Source: Octopus bimaculoides
Lineage: Eukaryota
DNA length: 64,000 bases
NCBI RefSeq assembly: GCF_001194135.2
Contig: NC_068991.1
Location: 5,967,834-6,031,833, forward strand
Direction: 5' to 3'
Shown here in pieces: positions 12,301-26,738 of this stretch. The translations under genes were made by a program, and so were the position numbers. The notes beneath the pieces are model-generated. The model saw nothing but the letters and a program-made list of their open reading frames with translations. It was not told the DNA's origin and searched no databases. Positions within the stretch are counted from its first letter, which is position 1. Every line of letters begins with the position of its first letter.

Positions 12301-15300
12301 TCTGCAATAAATTTGTTCTACTCCTACATTACACAAAATATTTTGACAATTTTTTTATACAATTCCTAATAACATTTAATTGTAAAAGTAAAATAGGGTT
12401 TTTTAACCATCCAATGGCTAAGAGGGCCAATCTGGGTAACAGAGGAGTCAAAGGGACCCATAAGTAGGAAAACGGTTGAGAAACACTGCTCTGTATCTTA
12501 CATTTGTTGTTTAGTTTCACATCTGGTTGAGCGTTTGGCAAAGTGCAGGGGACGCTCGACTATTTATTTACTTAACTGTTTATGTTGCCACTACAGTTCT
12601 TTTTTGTCTTGTTTTTGTTCTGCTTATTTATTTATTTATTTTTTTCTGTCAACCAGACCACGCCTCTCAACATCCTGGGGTAAAAGAATGATATTAGTGA
12701 GAGAGAGAGAGAGAGGAAAGCAGAGAGAGTAAAACAGCTCTAATTTACTGGCTTGCTTTCTCTCTCCACCCTCTACCTCCCCCTCTTTCCACTACTACGC
12801 CTCATCTCTGAGCAGAAATGGGTGGTGGCAATAGATGCTGTAATCGTTGTTGTTGTTGTTACATATTTGTGTTTTATTTGCATTTTTGTTGTTGATCACA
12901 TGTCTCCTCGTTATTGTTTTTGTTTGTGTTTATGCCACTGGTTTTTTTCTATTTTATTGGGTTAGTTACTGTTACAGTAATATATTTTTCCTGTTCATAA
13001 TGGTGTCGTTTTACCGTTGTTGGAGGCATGGCCAATGTTTTGTAAACAAGAAAACCTATTAATGCTTAGAACTGTGTTCGCCTGTGTTGTTGGTTGGCAA
13101 TTTTACTATGTGTGTGGCTGGTTGCACATGTAGGTGCTTATTGCCATCAAGGCTATAATGTGTATGTAGATTAAGTTTGTGTGTGTGTGACTGGTGTTTA
13201 TTGCTATTAAGATATGAGGTGTGTGTGTCTGTCATAATGTTGGTGATGTTTTGTTGTTGGGAGTTTAATTCCCAGGTGAGCTTATCAGAGACATTCCAGT
13301 TGTGGCAATATCATCTTTTGTTCTGTGTACAGGGAGCCCAAACCAGAACTACACTATACATCATGTCCTTTTCAGAGACAGTAATATGTGAGTTGAGGGA
13401 GGTTTGGCTGCTTTTTCTAGCATATCAAGTGACTAAGTAGAACTAAAGATGTATTTTGTTATAGCAGTGATTGGTGAAGTGGATATAATGTTACTACTTG
13501 AGATTGAGATTATATATATATATATATATGATATAATATTTGTCGACCTGCGTAGTAGACATACAAATTTACCCATTTCTCTGTAGATTGAGAAAAAATA
13601 AATAGCCTTGATCCAGTTTTCTGTTGTTATTGGGGTCTCATCAGTGATATCCATATCATTTGACCAACTCCAGAGAAACGGGTTGCCAATCCATTTACAT
13701 ACACATCAAATCTAGTAGCTACAGTAAACTGGGGATAGTAATTTGCATACCATATTAGTATTTAACATTTTATTTAATATCAGCAGCCTTACAATGCGTA
13801 TCCCAGTGCACACAGTATCATGGTATGACATAATATATGTATACCTACCTGCATAATAGATGTACAGACATATCAAACTTACCTCTTTCTCTCTGTGTAT
13901 GTATATGTGTGTGTAAGACCATCAAGCCTTTATATTTATATTCAAGACTACATTACAGCCTTCCTTTTGCAAAGTTTATTTGAAAGAAGTTTGGTTGCTA
14001 TTACTAGTAGATCAGGTGACTGCATAGTAGCTGAGTGCACAGTAGGTGCACAGCAGGTAGTGCATCGATGTTGTAATTAAATCTGGGTGTTTATTGCTGT
14101 GAGGGTGTATAATGTGTGTGTGCGTGTGTCATGATGTTAGTTGGGGGTGGAGTGAAGAGTCTATAATGAATGTAACGAATGTTCCACAATCTCATTACTA
14201 GTTTCAAATGTAAACACCAGTTATTGTTTACCCCCTTCCTCCTCCCCCACCCTGGCCTACCTTCATCAAGCTGGCTGTGTTCCAGCCATGCCTTTCTTTG
14301 GTGGGTGGGTGTAGGCGTGGTTTGGGGTTCAATCCCACTGCACAGCAATTTAGGAAAGTATCTTCAACTATAACCCTGGACCAACCAATGCCTTGTGAGT
14401 AAATTTGGTAGATGGAAACTGTGTGGAAGCCTGTTATATATATATATGTGTGTGTGGTGGAGGAGGCATGGTTGTGTGGATAAAAAGCTTGCTTTGCAAC
14501 TATGTGGTTTTGGGTTCAGTCCCACTGCACAGCACTTTGGGAAAGTATCTTCTACTATAGCCCCTGACCAACCAATGCCTTGTGAGGAAATTTGGTAGAC
14601 AGAAACTGGAAGCTTGTTAAATATATAAATGTGTGTGTGTGTGTTCTTCAAATTTCGGGCCTTGTGCCTAGAGTAGAAAAGGTCAAATAACTCCCAAGAT
14701 AAACCCCTTGACAGGACTACTCCAATGTCTTTTTTCTTTTTCTCTTTCTTTTTTTTTTTAAGATTGGCAAAGATGTGATGTGAGAGATTTGGTTGCTATT
14801 TCTAGCTGGCCAGATAATCTCATTGACTTGCAGTTCATTGCTAGAACACAAAGCCATTAATTCAATAGTGGTGGTGGTTGTCGTCGTCGTCTTCTCTTCC
14901 TCCAGTCCAGTACTTTGCGACTTGCCGCCATGCAAAATCTATTTACCATTATGAAGTCTTATAAAAAATAAAAAAACATGCCCAATATCTCAATCATTAA
15001 TAATTCACAGATGATAATAACTCATCTGTTCTATGGCAAATTAATTACAAAACGTTATATCCAATATAATTAAGCATTTCTAATATTTGGTTCTGTGTGT
15101 GTGTGTAGTGTTTGCCTGGCCGTGTGTCAGCTGTAAGACATAATCTATTCCACACATCATATGTTTGTCTGGATATGACTGTCACTATAGAATTCAGTGT
15201 GTGTGTGTAGATATTTGCTTGGATTGTGAATACTTTCCTTAAGTGTCTGACTGGCAACTATCTGGTGTATATTTATGTATATATGTAATATATTTTATCA

Positions 15301-18300
15301 TCACCATCATCATCGTCGTCGTTTAACGTCCGCTTTCCATGCTAGCATGGGTTGGACGATTTGACTGAGGACTGGTGAAACCAGATGGCTACACCAGGCT
15401 TCAATCTGATTTGGCAGAGTTTCTACAGCTATATATTATAGATGCATATATATACTTATTTATATGTGTGTGTGTGTGTGTGTGTGCCTATTCACACAGA
15501 CAGGTTGATGTCCAGATCTCCATTATGTCTTACTTCTGACGTAAGACCAAAAGCAGATCCAATCAAGATACCTTATCGCTATCAAACACACAGCAATGTT
15601 TTTACTGTTTTCTTCTCTTCAGCCAATTTTCTCTTTGCTTCTTTAACAGTACATTTCCAACTAATAGACTCTGCGTATGTTCTTAAGCTCTATGTGGTGG
15701 GAGCAGATGATCTGGTTGTTCTGCTGTGTATGTAGGTGTGCATCATCATCATCATTTAACACCCATTTTCCATGCTGGCATTGGTTTGACAGGAGATGGT
15801 CATCTGAAGAGCTGCCCAGGATTTGGCATGGGTTTTGCAGCTGGATGCCCTTCCTAGCACCAACCACCATATAGAGTGGCCCAGGTCCTTTTTACATGAC
15901 ACCAGCACTGGGGAAATCAGCTTCGGCATGGTTTTCATGGTTGAATGCCCTCCCTAACACCAACCACTTTTACAGAGTAGACTGGGTGCTTTCTATGTGG
16001 CACAGCTCTGGTGGTTTTTACAGCTGGATGCCCTTCCTGATGCCAACCACCTTACAAAGTGGACTGGGTGCTTTCTATGTGGCACCAGCACCACTGAAAT
16101 CAGCTTTGGCATGGTTTTTACAGCTGGATGCCTTTCCTGGGCCATGCTGGGGCACTGCCTTGAAGAAGTTTTTAGTCAAATGAATTGACCCCAGTACTTT
16201 ATTTTTTAAGCCTGATACTTATTCTATTGGTCTTTTCTGCTGAACTGCTAAGTTACAGGGACATGAACAAACCAACACCTGTTGTCAAGCAGTAGTATGG
16301 AACAAACACAGACACAAGGATACATACACACACAACAGGCTTTGGTCGGCTGGAGGCTATAGTAGAAGAGACTTGCTCTAGGTGTCATGCAGTGGGACTG
16401 AACCCAGAACCATGTGGTTGAGAAGCAAGCTTCTTATCACACAGTCACATTTTTCAGTCGTATGATCTGGTAACTTACAGGGATGTAAACAAACCAATGC
16501 TGGTTGTCAGATCAAGCAGACTTGCATGGACATCCCAACCATGGCTGCCCCATATAATTTCTATGTACAAAAGGTTCACATTATCCAATGTGTAATTCTT
16601 TTTTTTTTTTAAGATAATAACAAGGAGTGATTTGAGAGAGATTTGGCTGTTACATCTAGCAGGTTGAGAAACCACATAGTGTCTCTCTTTTTGGCTTTAG
16701 TAAGTGAGTGAGTTATAAGCATTATCTCACACCACCACCACCACCCCTCTCACCCTTCATCTTGCCGATAAGCTTTGGGCAAATACTGAGGAATGATGTA
16801 CTTTGTAAATGGTAAATAATGGCTAGACTCATCTTCAGAACAGCTGCACTATGAGTTAGGATAGACATTTTAGCTGTCGGCATCTCTACTGAAAGAAAGC
16901 AGAGAGGGGAGAACCTGTATGTGGTCACTTCACCTGCTAGAAATAGTAACTAGACTCCCTCATAATCACTCTACAACAGTGGTTCTCAAAGTGGGCAGTA
17001 TTGCCCCTCTAGGGTGGTGGAAAGTTCCAAGGGGGTGTTGAAGAAAAGTGGGACGATGTTGGGGTAGTGATTCATGTAAAAACAAAATATTGGGTTCCTT
17101 AGGTTAAGTTTTATTTGTGAAATATAGTTGCTTTGAATTTGTTTTAGAAAGAGGTTCTGTGTCTGTGATGGTCAGTTGGAATGGGCGGGGGTAGGAATGT
17201 GGCCTGGGAACCACTGCTCTGCAATCATTAAAAATAAAGGGTTCTGTAGTCCTTCCTATATAAAAATGCTAGGATATTCCAATATTTTGTAAACCTGAGC
17301 GTTAATGCACCACTCTGTCACATACATTGGTACCTTCGCAGCAAATTGCAATGCATGTGTCAGTCGCTATATTACAACATTTTTCATACTCACTCTCGTT
17401 TTCCTTTTTGTAATACAACTACGAAAAGCTGCCGGCATCTCTGTTTCTGTAACACTTTTTAGTGCCTTATTTAGAGTCAAATAAAAACACTGACAAACCT
17501 CGGCTCTACATCCCACAAACATCTGTGTTCTTCTACATACATCACACACTACTGATGTATAAATTATATGTTTTCCTCTAAACACTGTTTATAGATGACT
17601 TTTCTCTCTGTCTTTAGGCTGAGTACCTATCAGAAGAGAAGATTGGTCGTAAGTCTATTACTTCTTGTTCTTGCTGATGTTGATGATGATGATAATGATG
17701 ATACTACTACTACTACTACTACTGCTACTACTTATTCTGCCTTTTATCATTCTCTGACACATCTTTTCCTGTGCACCTCTCTCATATCTTTATTTGTTTG
17801 CTGTGCTAAATAACATCACCACTCCCTCCAACTTGTTACTAACCCCACTCTTGGCCAACAGCTGACTTTTTTTTTTTTTCTTAACCATCATCCCTTACAT
17901 CCTTGTTATTGATTTAAGAAAAATGCTAAATATATATGTGGTGCCCCCTAGCAGATAGTTAATACAAGGGAGATAACCATTTCTTCATAGTATTCAGTTG
18001 GAATTTGAAATTTAGGAATAAGGTAAAAAAAAATTGCATAGAATACAACTTTATTCTTTTACTTGTTTCAGTCATTTGACTGCAGCCATTCTGGAGCACC
18101 GCCTTTAGTCGAACAAATCGACCCCAGGACTTATTCTTTGGAAGCCTAGTACTTATTCTATCGGTCTCTTTTGCTGAACCGCTAAGTTACGGGGACGTAA
18201 ACCCACCACCATCGGTTGTCAAGCGATATGGGGAGGACAAACACAGATACACAAACATATACACACACATACACATATATATATGCATATATATGACGGG

Positions 18301-21300
18301 CTTTTTCAGTTTCTGTCTACCAAATCCACTCAAGGCTTTGGTCGGCCCGAGGTTATAGTAGAAGACACTTGCCCAAGGTGCCACGCAGTGGGAATGAACC
18401 TGGAACAATGTGTTTGGTAAGCAAGCTACTTAACCACACAGCCACTCCTGTGCCTATCTGATTTATATTTTCTATCTTTTATTTTACTTTTGTTGCTTAC
18501 TTATTACTAAGTTCTTAAAATTTCTAGTTAGTGGTCATAACAGTTAGTACTATTTCACTCTTTTTAGAAATCATCAGCATGACCTAACCTTAAAAAATAA
18601 ATAAGGTCTAGAGATGGTAACTCTTATAATAGAGATGCAAAATTACAGAGTGAGAGTGGCTCCTTTTAACTTGATGGGTGATGGGGGGGGGTGATTAGTC
18701 TTTGATAGTTTACACCAGTGGTTCTCAATTAGGGTATGTTTAATTATAAAACCATATGATTTTTTAAAACGTCGATTGGCTATAGAGGTCCAATAAAGTT
18801 AAGTAAGAAACACTGATTCAGACCAACAGTCAAATGTATTCCAGCTTTGACATTTTGTCTTTTATTCAGTGCTATCCAATATGTCCTTAAGACAGGGTGT
18901 GATTTTGGAGCTCCAACTCCCATTGGTTGTCTGTTATAAATCCAACTTCTCTCTTACTTCCTCTTTTTGTTGCCACCAATGATGTGGAGCTAACACCACT
19001 CCCCCAGGATTGTCACTTCCAATCAGCATGATGGTCATTTCCATTCCTTTAGTTTAGACCATTTTCATTCTTGTGTGTTGTCACCTGCATGGAGATGTGT
19101 GTGTGTGTGTTTTACTTTAACTCTTCTTCTTCACACTCTCATTATGTATTTGTGTCTGTGTGTCCTTGTCTTGATATTGTCTGACAGTTGTAAATGAGTG
19201 TCACTGTCATGCAAGCAGTGTTGTTTACTTCCGATATTCTGTGAAAGCTTGTCTGGTCATGAGGGAAATATTACCTTGCTTGGAAACAGATGAGGGTTGG
19301 TAACAGGAAGGGCATCCAGCCATAGAAAATCTGCCTCAGTAAACTCCATTCCACCTATTCAAGCATGGAAAAGAATACATACTCAAGCTTTAAATTTGAG
19401 CCACTATTAATTTCATGCTGTGAAAACATGCTCCAACTAGCTTGTGTAGCATGCCATGTGTTTCCAAGCAATCTTTCAGACTCAAATATACAATGATTGC
19501 TTGAATACACAGCATGCTAGACAAGCAGGTGAGCTCATCATGTTTTTACAGTATGAAACTAATGGTCAATCAAATTTAAATCCTGTGTATATGAAATGAT
19601 ATCTCTCTCTCTCTTTCTCTCTTTCCTTCTGTCTTTCTCTTTCTCTGGGATCCCACCAATAACAGAACAGTACATTTTATTTACATGTACTGCTCTGTTA
19701 TTGGTGGGATCAATAACAGGACTCTAATCCTGACAATCACACACTATCAGTGTATGACATGATACTAGCAACAAAATCACCATAAACCTTAAAACAAATT
19801 CAATCTTACAAGAATGAAGGGCCACTTAGAACAAGGAGAGCAAAAAATATAAAAGTTTCACAAACAACAAGCACATCAGATATATATTCCCATCATCAGC
19901 TGCCTAACCGATATCATTATGGTTTTGACACTCAATTCAGGGTTACAGTAGAAGATATTGCCGCACAGGGAATTGAACCTGAAAGTATTTGGGTGGGAAG
20001 CGAACTTCTTAACCACACAGCTACACCTGTGCGTTGAGTGGCATATTCTGGAGATTATTTTGAAATGAAATCTTTTTTTACAACTAACCAGAGAATATAA
20101 CAATGTCTGATTTCCTTTTCTGAATAACCAGATACTTAAGCATTCATTTCAAACTAAGTAGTTGGGCCTACTAATTTTGATTACAGTAAATATTTGATAA
20201 CATTATCTGCTGTCAAAAAGAAACAAGAACTTCCTTTGTATCTGTGCATACATCCACTCCAATACTGCCAGCCACCCTGACCAACTTGACACGCTAGTTA
20301 TCTCTATTCCAAGCACCAATATCTGATTCCATCACCACAACCACCATTACCGTACATCTCCCATGACTCTGTAATTAGTTTTCTTTTGTTTTGATTTGTA
20401 TAAGCAATACAGTGCTGGTAGTAGTAGTAGTAGTAGTAGTAAACATTTACTTGAAAATTTAAAAGCAATATTTAGAGCTTTGAATTTAATTAAGCGGATA
20501 ATTTTCAATTAATTTTAAATAAGTGTTTGGAACTTGATAATTTTGATAATAACCACTTGATAATCATCCATGATTATAATAAACAGCTCTCATTATACTG
20601 GTGGGGGTGGGGGTGGGAATGTAAGAACATAAAGACAGACGAAATACCACTAAGCATTTCGCCCAGCGTACTAACGTTTCTGCCAGCTCGCTGCCTTATA
20701 ATAATAATAATAATAATAATAATAATCCTTTCTACTCTAGACACAAGGCCCAAAATTTTTGCGGAGTGGTGATTCATCAATAAATGAATTGTTCCAATAA
20801 ATGAATATTCATTGTTCGTAAAATTTGTTAAGATTACATTTGTTCAGGATTAACCTTGCTATCTATTCTTTTAATCCACATGACCAGTTGTTACCATTGA
20901 GTAATTCAAAGTATGTATAAGTCATTGTCTTGGATAACTCACAGATGGTGTCAAAAATTGATGAAAGCTTTTTGAAAACTTTGCATAGTCCTCTGAGCAG
21001 GTATCTCCAAGCTTTTGGCAAAAATTTGATACAGATTCTTTGCTCAACTTTATCGGTCATGGTAAATGTGATGATCACACACTACATACCTTCCTTCCAA
21101 GTATTGCTGTAAACAGCAGAAGTGAGTTAGAACATTAGACCTTAATATGCATGCACAGCAGAGTTCAAGGTCAATCTGTGCCAGGCAGCTTCACTCTCCA
21201 TGCTTTAGCTTCGTTACTATAGCAACAGTCCAGATACTTATTGATCAGACCACACATGGGCCATGTGGTGTATGTGTAAATGTGTGTGTGTATCCATTTT

Positions 21301-22119
21301 CTTTTCTACATTTCTCCAACATTTAATATTCACTTTTCTCCCCCCCCCCCCCTACATGCTATCTCAGTCCTCTAATATCTCTCAGATATTACAGATGCCA
21401 TCATCCTTGTCACTGCCAAATTACTCTGTTTTGCAATTCTATGAGTGTGTGTTTATGTGTGTCAGAAGATCTCAAACGATACAGTTTGTGGTGAATTCCT
21501 GAGAAAATTCTAGAGAGACAAGATGCTTCGAGTACTTCAATCATTCATAGTTAAGTATCCTGTAACTTCAGAGCCAGCAACGGGGATGCTGGCAGTTGTG
21601 ATGATGCTGGTGGTGGTGGTGGTGGTAGTGGTAGGGCAATGACAGAAACTATTTTAACCAAATGTCAGAGTTTTTCTTTTCTCTCATTTATTTATTTTAT
21701 TTTAGTTCCTGAACAATTCTGTACACTTTGGCAGTGGTGGTGGCGGCGGCAGGGGTGGGTGATTGGTGGAGTAATCTCTTGATGTCACTTCAGAACAAGT
21801 ACTACTTTCTCAGAGCATTGATCTCTCTTCTCTCCACCACCCACCCGCCCGATACATACGCTCTGGTGGCACAGCTGAGCAAACTTACCACCACCCTCTC
21901 TCTTTCCCAAGCCACCCTTCTACTATCACAGTCTGTCCTCCACCCACCCTGCCGTCTCCATAACTTCATCCACCCACACTGTATCTGTGCAGTTCAGCTT
22001 ATGTTCTCATTCCATACATTATGGGTTGTATTCAGCTGTTATTAAATAAATTCCTTCAATTTTTTTTTTACTTCCCTAACCATCTCTGCCTCTCCTTTTC
22101 CACAGTATTTTCATTGCAT

Positions 22120-22182
<63 letters not shown>

Positions 22183-22713
22183 ATACATGTATGGCAATAT
22201 GACGCAAATCACNNNNNNNNNNNNNNNNNNNNNNNNNNNNNNNNNNNNNNNNNNNNNNNNNNNNNNNNNNNNNNNNNNNNNNNNNNNNNNNNNNNNNNNN
22301 NNNNNNNNNNNNNNNNNNNNNNNNNNNNNNNNNNNNNNNNNNNNNNNNNNNNNNNNNNNNNNNNNNNNNNNNNNNNNNNNNNNNNNNNNNNNNNNNNNNN
22401 NNNNNNNNNNNNNNNNNNNNNNNNNNNNNNNNNNNNNNNNNNNNNNNNNNNNNNNNNNNNNNNNNNNNNNNNNNNNNNNNNNNNNNNNNNNNNNNNNNNN
22501 NNNNNNNNNNNNNNNNNNNNNNNNNNNNNNNNNNNNNNNNNNNNNNNNNNNNNNNNNNNNNNNNNNNNNNNNNNNNNNNNNNNNNNNNNNNNNNNNNNNN
22601 NNNNNNNNNNNNNNNNNNNNNNNNNNNNNNNNNNNNNNNNNNNNNNNNNNNNNNNNNNATCCATATCACGTCCTCACTTTGTTGTTTTTTTGTTTTTTTG
22701 TTATTGTTTTTTT

Positions 22714-22758
<45 letters not shown>

Positions 22759-25700
22759 TTGTACTGCAGTTGTCTGGGTATGTATTCTCCCTTCAACAAA
22801 TAAAGCTTTTACGTGGGTAGGGTTTTTGTGGGGAGGGAGTCTTGTAATCAGATCATTTTTCATGCCCTCAAACTCTCGACCCTTCCCTGGGTTGGATTTC
22901 CTAGGCTGGCTACAGTAACATGTGCCTGAAGGATGCTGTTGTTGTCATCGTTGGTGATGACAGCAGCGAGCTGGCAGAAACGTTAGCACGCCGGGCGAAA
23001 TACTTAGCGGTATTTCGTCTGCCGTTACATTCTGAGTTCAAATTCCACCAAGGTCGACTTTGCCTTTCATCCTTTCAGGGTTGATAAATTAAGTACCAGT
23101 TGCGCACTGGGGTCTGTCCTTGTTTGTCCCCTCTATGTTTAGCCCCTTGTGGGCAATAAAGAAATAAGAATCGTTACCACATCAGAAAAGATGCTGAGCG
23201 GCGTTTCTTCCGTGTTTACGTTCTGAGTTTAAATTCTGCTGGGGTCGACTTTGCCTTTCATCCTTTCAAGATCGATAAAATAAGTACCAGTTATGCACTG
23301 AGGTCAATGTAATCGACTTGCCCCATCCCCCCAAATTTCAGGCCTTTGCTTATAGTAGAAAGGATTATTATTATTATTATTATTATAGGCACAGGAGTGG
23401 CTGTGTGGTATGTAGCTTGCTTACCAACCACATGGTTCTGGGTTCAGTCCCACTGCGTAGCACCTTGGGCACGTGTCTTCTATTATAGCGTAGGGCCGAC
23501 CAAAGCCTTGTGAGTGGATTTGGTAGACAGAAACTGAAAGAAGCCCGTTGTATGTATATATATGTATGTCTGTATTTGTCCCCCCACCCCACCATCGCTT
23601 GACAATTGATGTTGGTGTGTTTACATCCCTGTAACTTAGCTATATATATATATAAACACACTTCTTTCAGTTTCCGTCTACCAAATCCACTCACAAGGCT
23701 TTGGTCGGCCTGAGGCTATAATAGAAGACACTTGCCCGAGGACTGAACCGGGAACCACTCAGCCACTCGGTGATGATTTAATTAGCAATATCCCATTTTC
23801 CAAAAAATGAGGCATTTGTTGTTCTTGTTGTTGTTGCTGCTGTTTGATTCTCTCATCCAGAAACAATTCCTCTCCTAAGTTGAAACTTTTCTCTTCCAGT
23901 GTACAAAGATGTCTTCAGTCTGTTTGATGACGACGGCGATGGCATTATCTCTACCCGGCAGCTCGGAGATGTTCTGCGGAAGCTAGGAATGAGCCCGACT
24001 GAGGGTGAAGTCAATGAAATGATAGAGAAAGTAGATTGTGATGGTAAGTAGACAGACTGAGTGGTGTCGTCGTTACTACTACTACTACTATTTAAGGTGA
24101 AGGGCTGGCGGAATCATTGCAGCGCCAGACTAAATATTTTATTGGTATTTCATCTGTCTTTGTGTTCCAAGTTCAAATTCTACCAAGACTGACTTTACCT
24201 GTCATCTTTTCAGGGTTGATAAAATAAGTACCAGTGTCGCTCTGGGGGTCATTGTAATCAGCTAGCCCCCCTCCTCCTCTCCTCTAAAATTTCAGGCCTT
24301 GTGCCTATAGAAGAAAAACTATTATTGCTATTAATCTTTCTCTTGTTCTTTTTCTTCTTCCTCCTCTTTTTCTTTCTTCTTTGTCTTTGTTGTCCTCTTC
24401 TTCTTCATTCTCCTTGTTGACATCACGTGATAGTTGTAAATGAGTGTCACCAGCTTACAAGCAGTGTCCCTCATTTCCTGTCATCCATGGAAACAGGTGA
24501 GGGTTGATGACAGGAAAGGCATCTAGCTATAAAACAAAAATTCTGACTAACCCATGGAAGCATAGAGATGGGCATGTCAAAATATTATTATTATTATTGT
24601 TGTTGTTGTTATTATTATTATTATTATTATTATGGTGAGCTGGCAGAATCGTTAGCATGCTGGGCAAAAAATGCTTAGCAGTATTTTGTCCGTCCTTACG
24701 TTCTGAGTTCAAATTCCACTGTGGTCGACTTTGCCATTCATCCTTTTGGGGACAATAAATTGAGTACCGGTGAAACACTGGGGTCAATGTAATCAACTAG
24801 TCCCCCCTCCAAAAAAAAAAAAATTTCAAGTCTTGTGCCTATAGTAGAAAGGATTATTATTATTATTATCATCGTCGTCATCATGATGACAATGACAAAG
24901 ATTCTAAATATAGTGTCTGCAAAATGATAGGATGTTTAAATCAACTCTGAAACCATAAACCTGCTCAGTTAGAGCCATCCTGGGGTTAAACAGCAGCAGC
25001 AGCTTGCCTAAAACACTCTATTGTATTTTGAGTAGAACACACTGCTGTTGATGCTTGTTGTCACACCATCTGCGATATGCACCATTGCCTTACCAATTCC
25101 TAAACCCACACAGTCAGAAGTAGTTGCTGGCCAGGTGTGTGTGAGTTCTCTGCGTCTGTTGAAATTGAACTTCCTCTTATGTTCAGCTACGATAATGGAA
25201 ATGACAACTTGGTATTCAAGAGCAACACTCTGCAATCCACCAAGGGATCGGGTGTGGCCTAAATGCCATTCAGCTGGCTTACCGTGGGGTTGGGTTCCTG
25301 TTATGTAATGCATGCATAAATACGCAGATATGTGTGTGTGTGTGTTAGGGTATGTACTATAAATATAGAGGGAGAAGCAGTGATGGATGTGTTTTCTCTT
25401 TTGTGCGTTGTATGCGTAGAGAAAAATAACGGTATTTTGAGTTTGCGTGGAATCCACTAATTGTGTCCAGATTTGTTGGAGTCGGTAACAATTAAGGGGT
25501 AGCTGGAGTCGGAGTCAGTATAGTTTTACTTACTCCGACTCACAATATCTTTATTCTTAATATAAACCAGTTATAACCTATAGGCCTACTCAAAGTACAA
25601 ACGTATGCATATGCTTTATGAGATATGTAGACCACAATCACTTAATTACATGAAAAGGAGTCAGAGTCGGAAGTGCCAATAGTAGAGGAGTCGGAGTCGA

Positions 25701-26701
25701 AGTTTTTTGTTTCGGTTCCACAGCCCTGATTATGTCTCCATCCATGATTACAATAAGCAGTTTCTAACAGATTATCATTATCATTAAAACAGTACGCTAG
25801 CAGAATTATTAACACTCTTGACGAGATGCTTACTCTTTTACTTGTTTCAGTCATTTGACTGCGGCCATGCTGGAGCATTGCATTTGTCGACCCCAGGACT
25901 TATTCTTTGTAAACCTAGTACTTATTCTCTCGGTTTCTTTTGCCGAACCGCTAAGTTACAGGAATGTAAGCTCACCAACATCAGTTGTCAAGCGATGGTG
26001 GGGGGACAAACAGACACACAAACATATATACATGTGGTGATGGTGTTAAATCCTTTGTCATAGTTGAGAGATTGGTTCTCTGGGATTTTCCTGATGTCTT
26101 CATTTGTTCTCCATTTTTGCAGGAAGTGGCACCATTGATTTCCCAGAGTTCCTGCGCATGATGTCCAACCAGACAGAGGACTTTGATCACGAAACCGAGA
26201 TCCGTGAAACATTCCGCATATTTGACAAAGATGGTGACGGATATATCTCCGCTGGAGAGTTGCGCTACATGTTTGCCAACATGGGTCAGAAATTGACGGA
26301 TGAGGAGATCAACGAAATGATTCTTGATGCTGACATCGATGGTGATGGACGGATTAACTATTCAGGTGAACAAATCTACCTTATTATCTCAGTCTCACTC
26401 ATCCTCTTTTGTTCCACACCTCACTTCTTTTTTCCAACAAAGCATGCACTCCCATGTGACATTTGCCGTCGTTTTAACGTCTACTTTTTCATGTTTGCAT
26501 GGGTCGGGTGAAGCTTGTTGAAGCACATTTTTCTATGACCAGGATACTCCTTCTGTCATCAACCCTCATCTGTTTCCAAACAAGGTGATATTTTCCTCGT
26601 GGCCTGACATGTTTTTGCAGAATATTGGAAATGACTAGCATTTATTTACAACAATTATGCAAGGTCAGTCCAAGGAGACACAGTCTCACACACACACCAC
26701 A

Positions 26702-26738
<37 letters not shown>

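Noticed and set aside
22021-22918. Long ORFs of 151-243 aa
   Set aside because: They are open only because they run through the N gap at 22213-22658 and microsatellites.
25008-25457. 149-aa antisense ORF and unique GC-richer patch in calmodulin-like intron 3
   Set aside because: It has no recognisable domain and begins in low-complexity sequence. The internal acceptor near 25186 gives no calmodulin-like peptide in the required phase.
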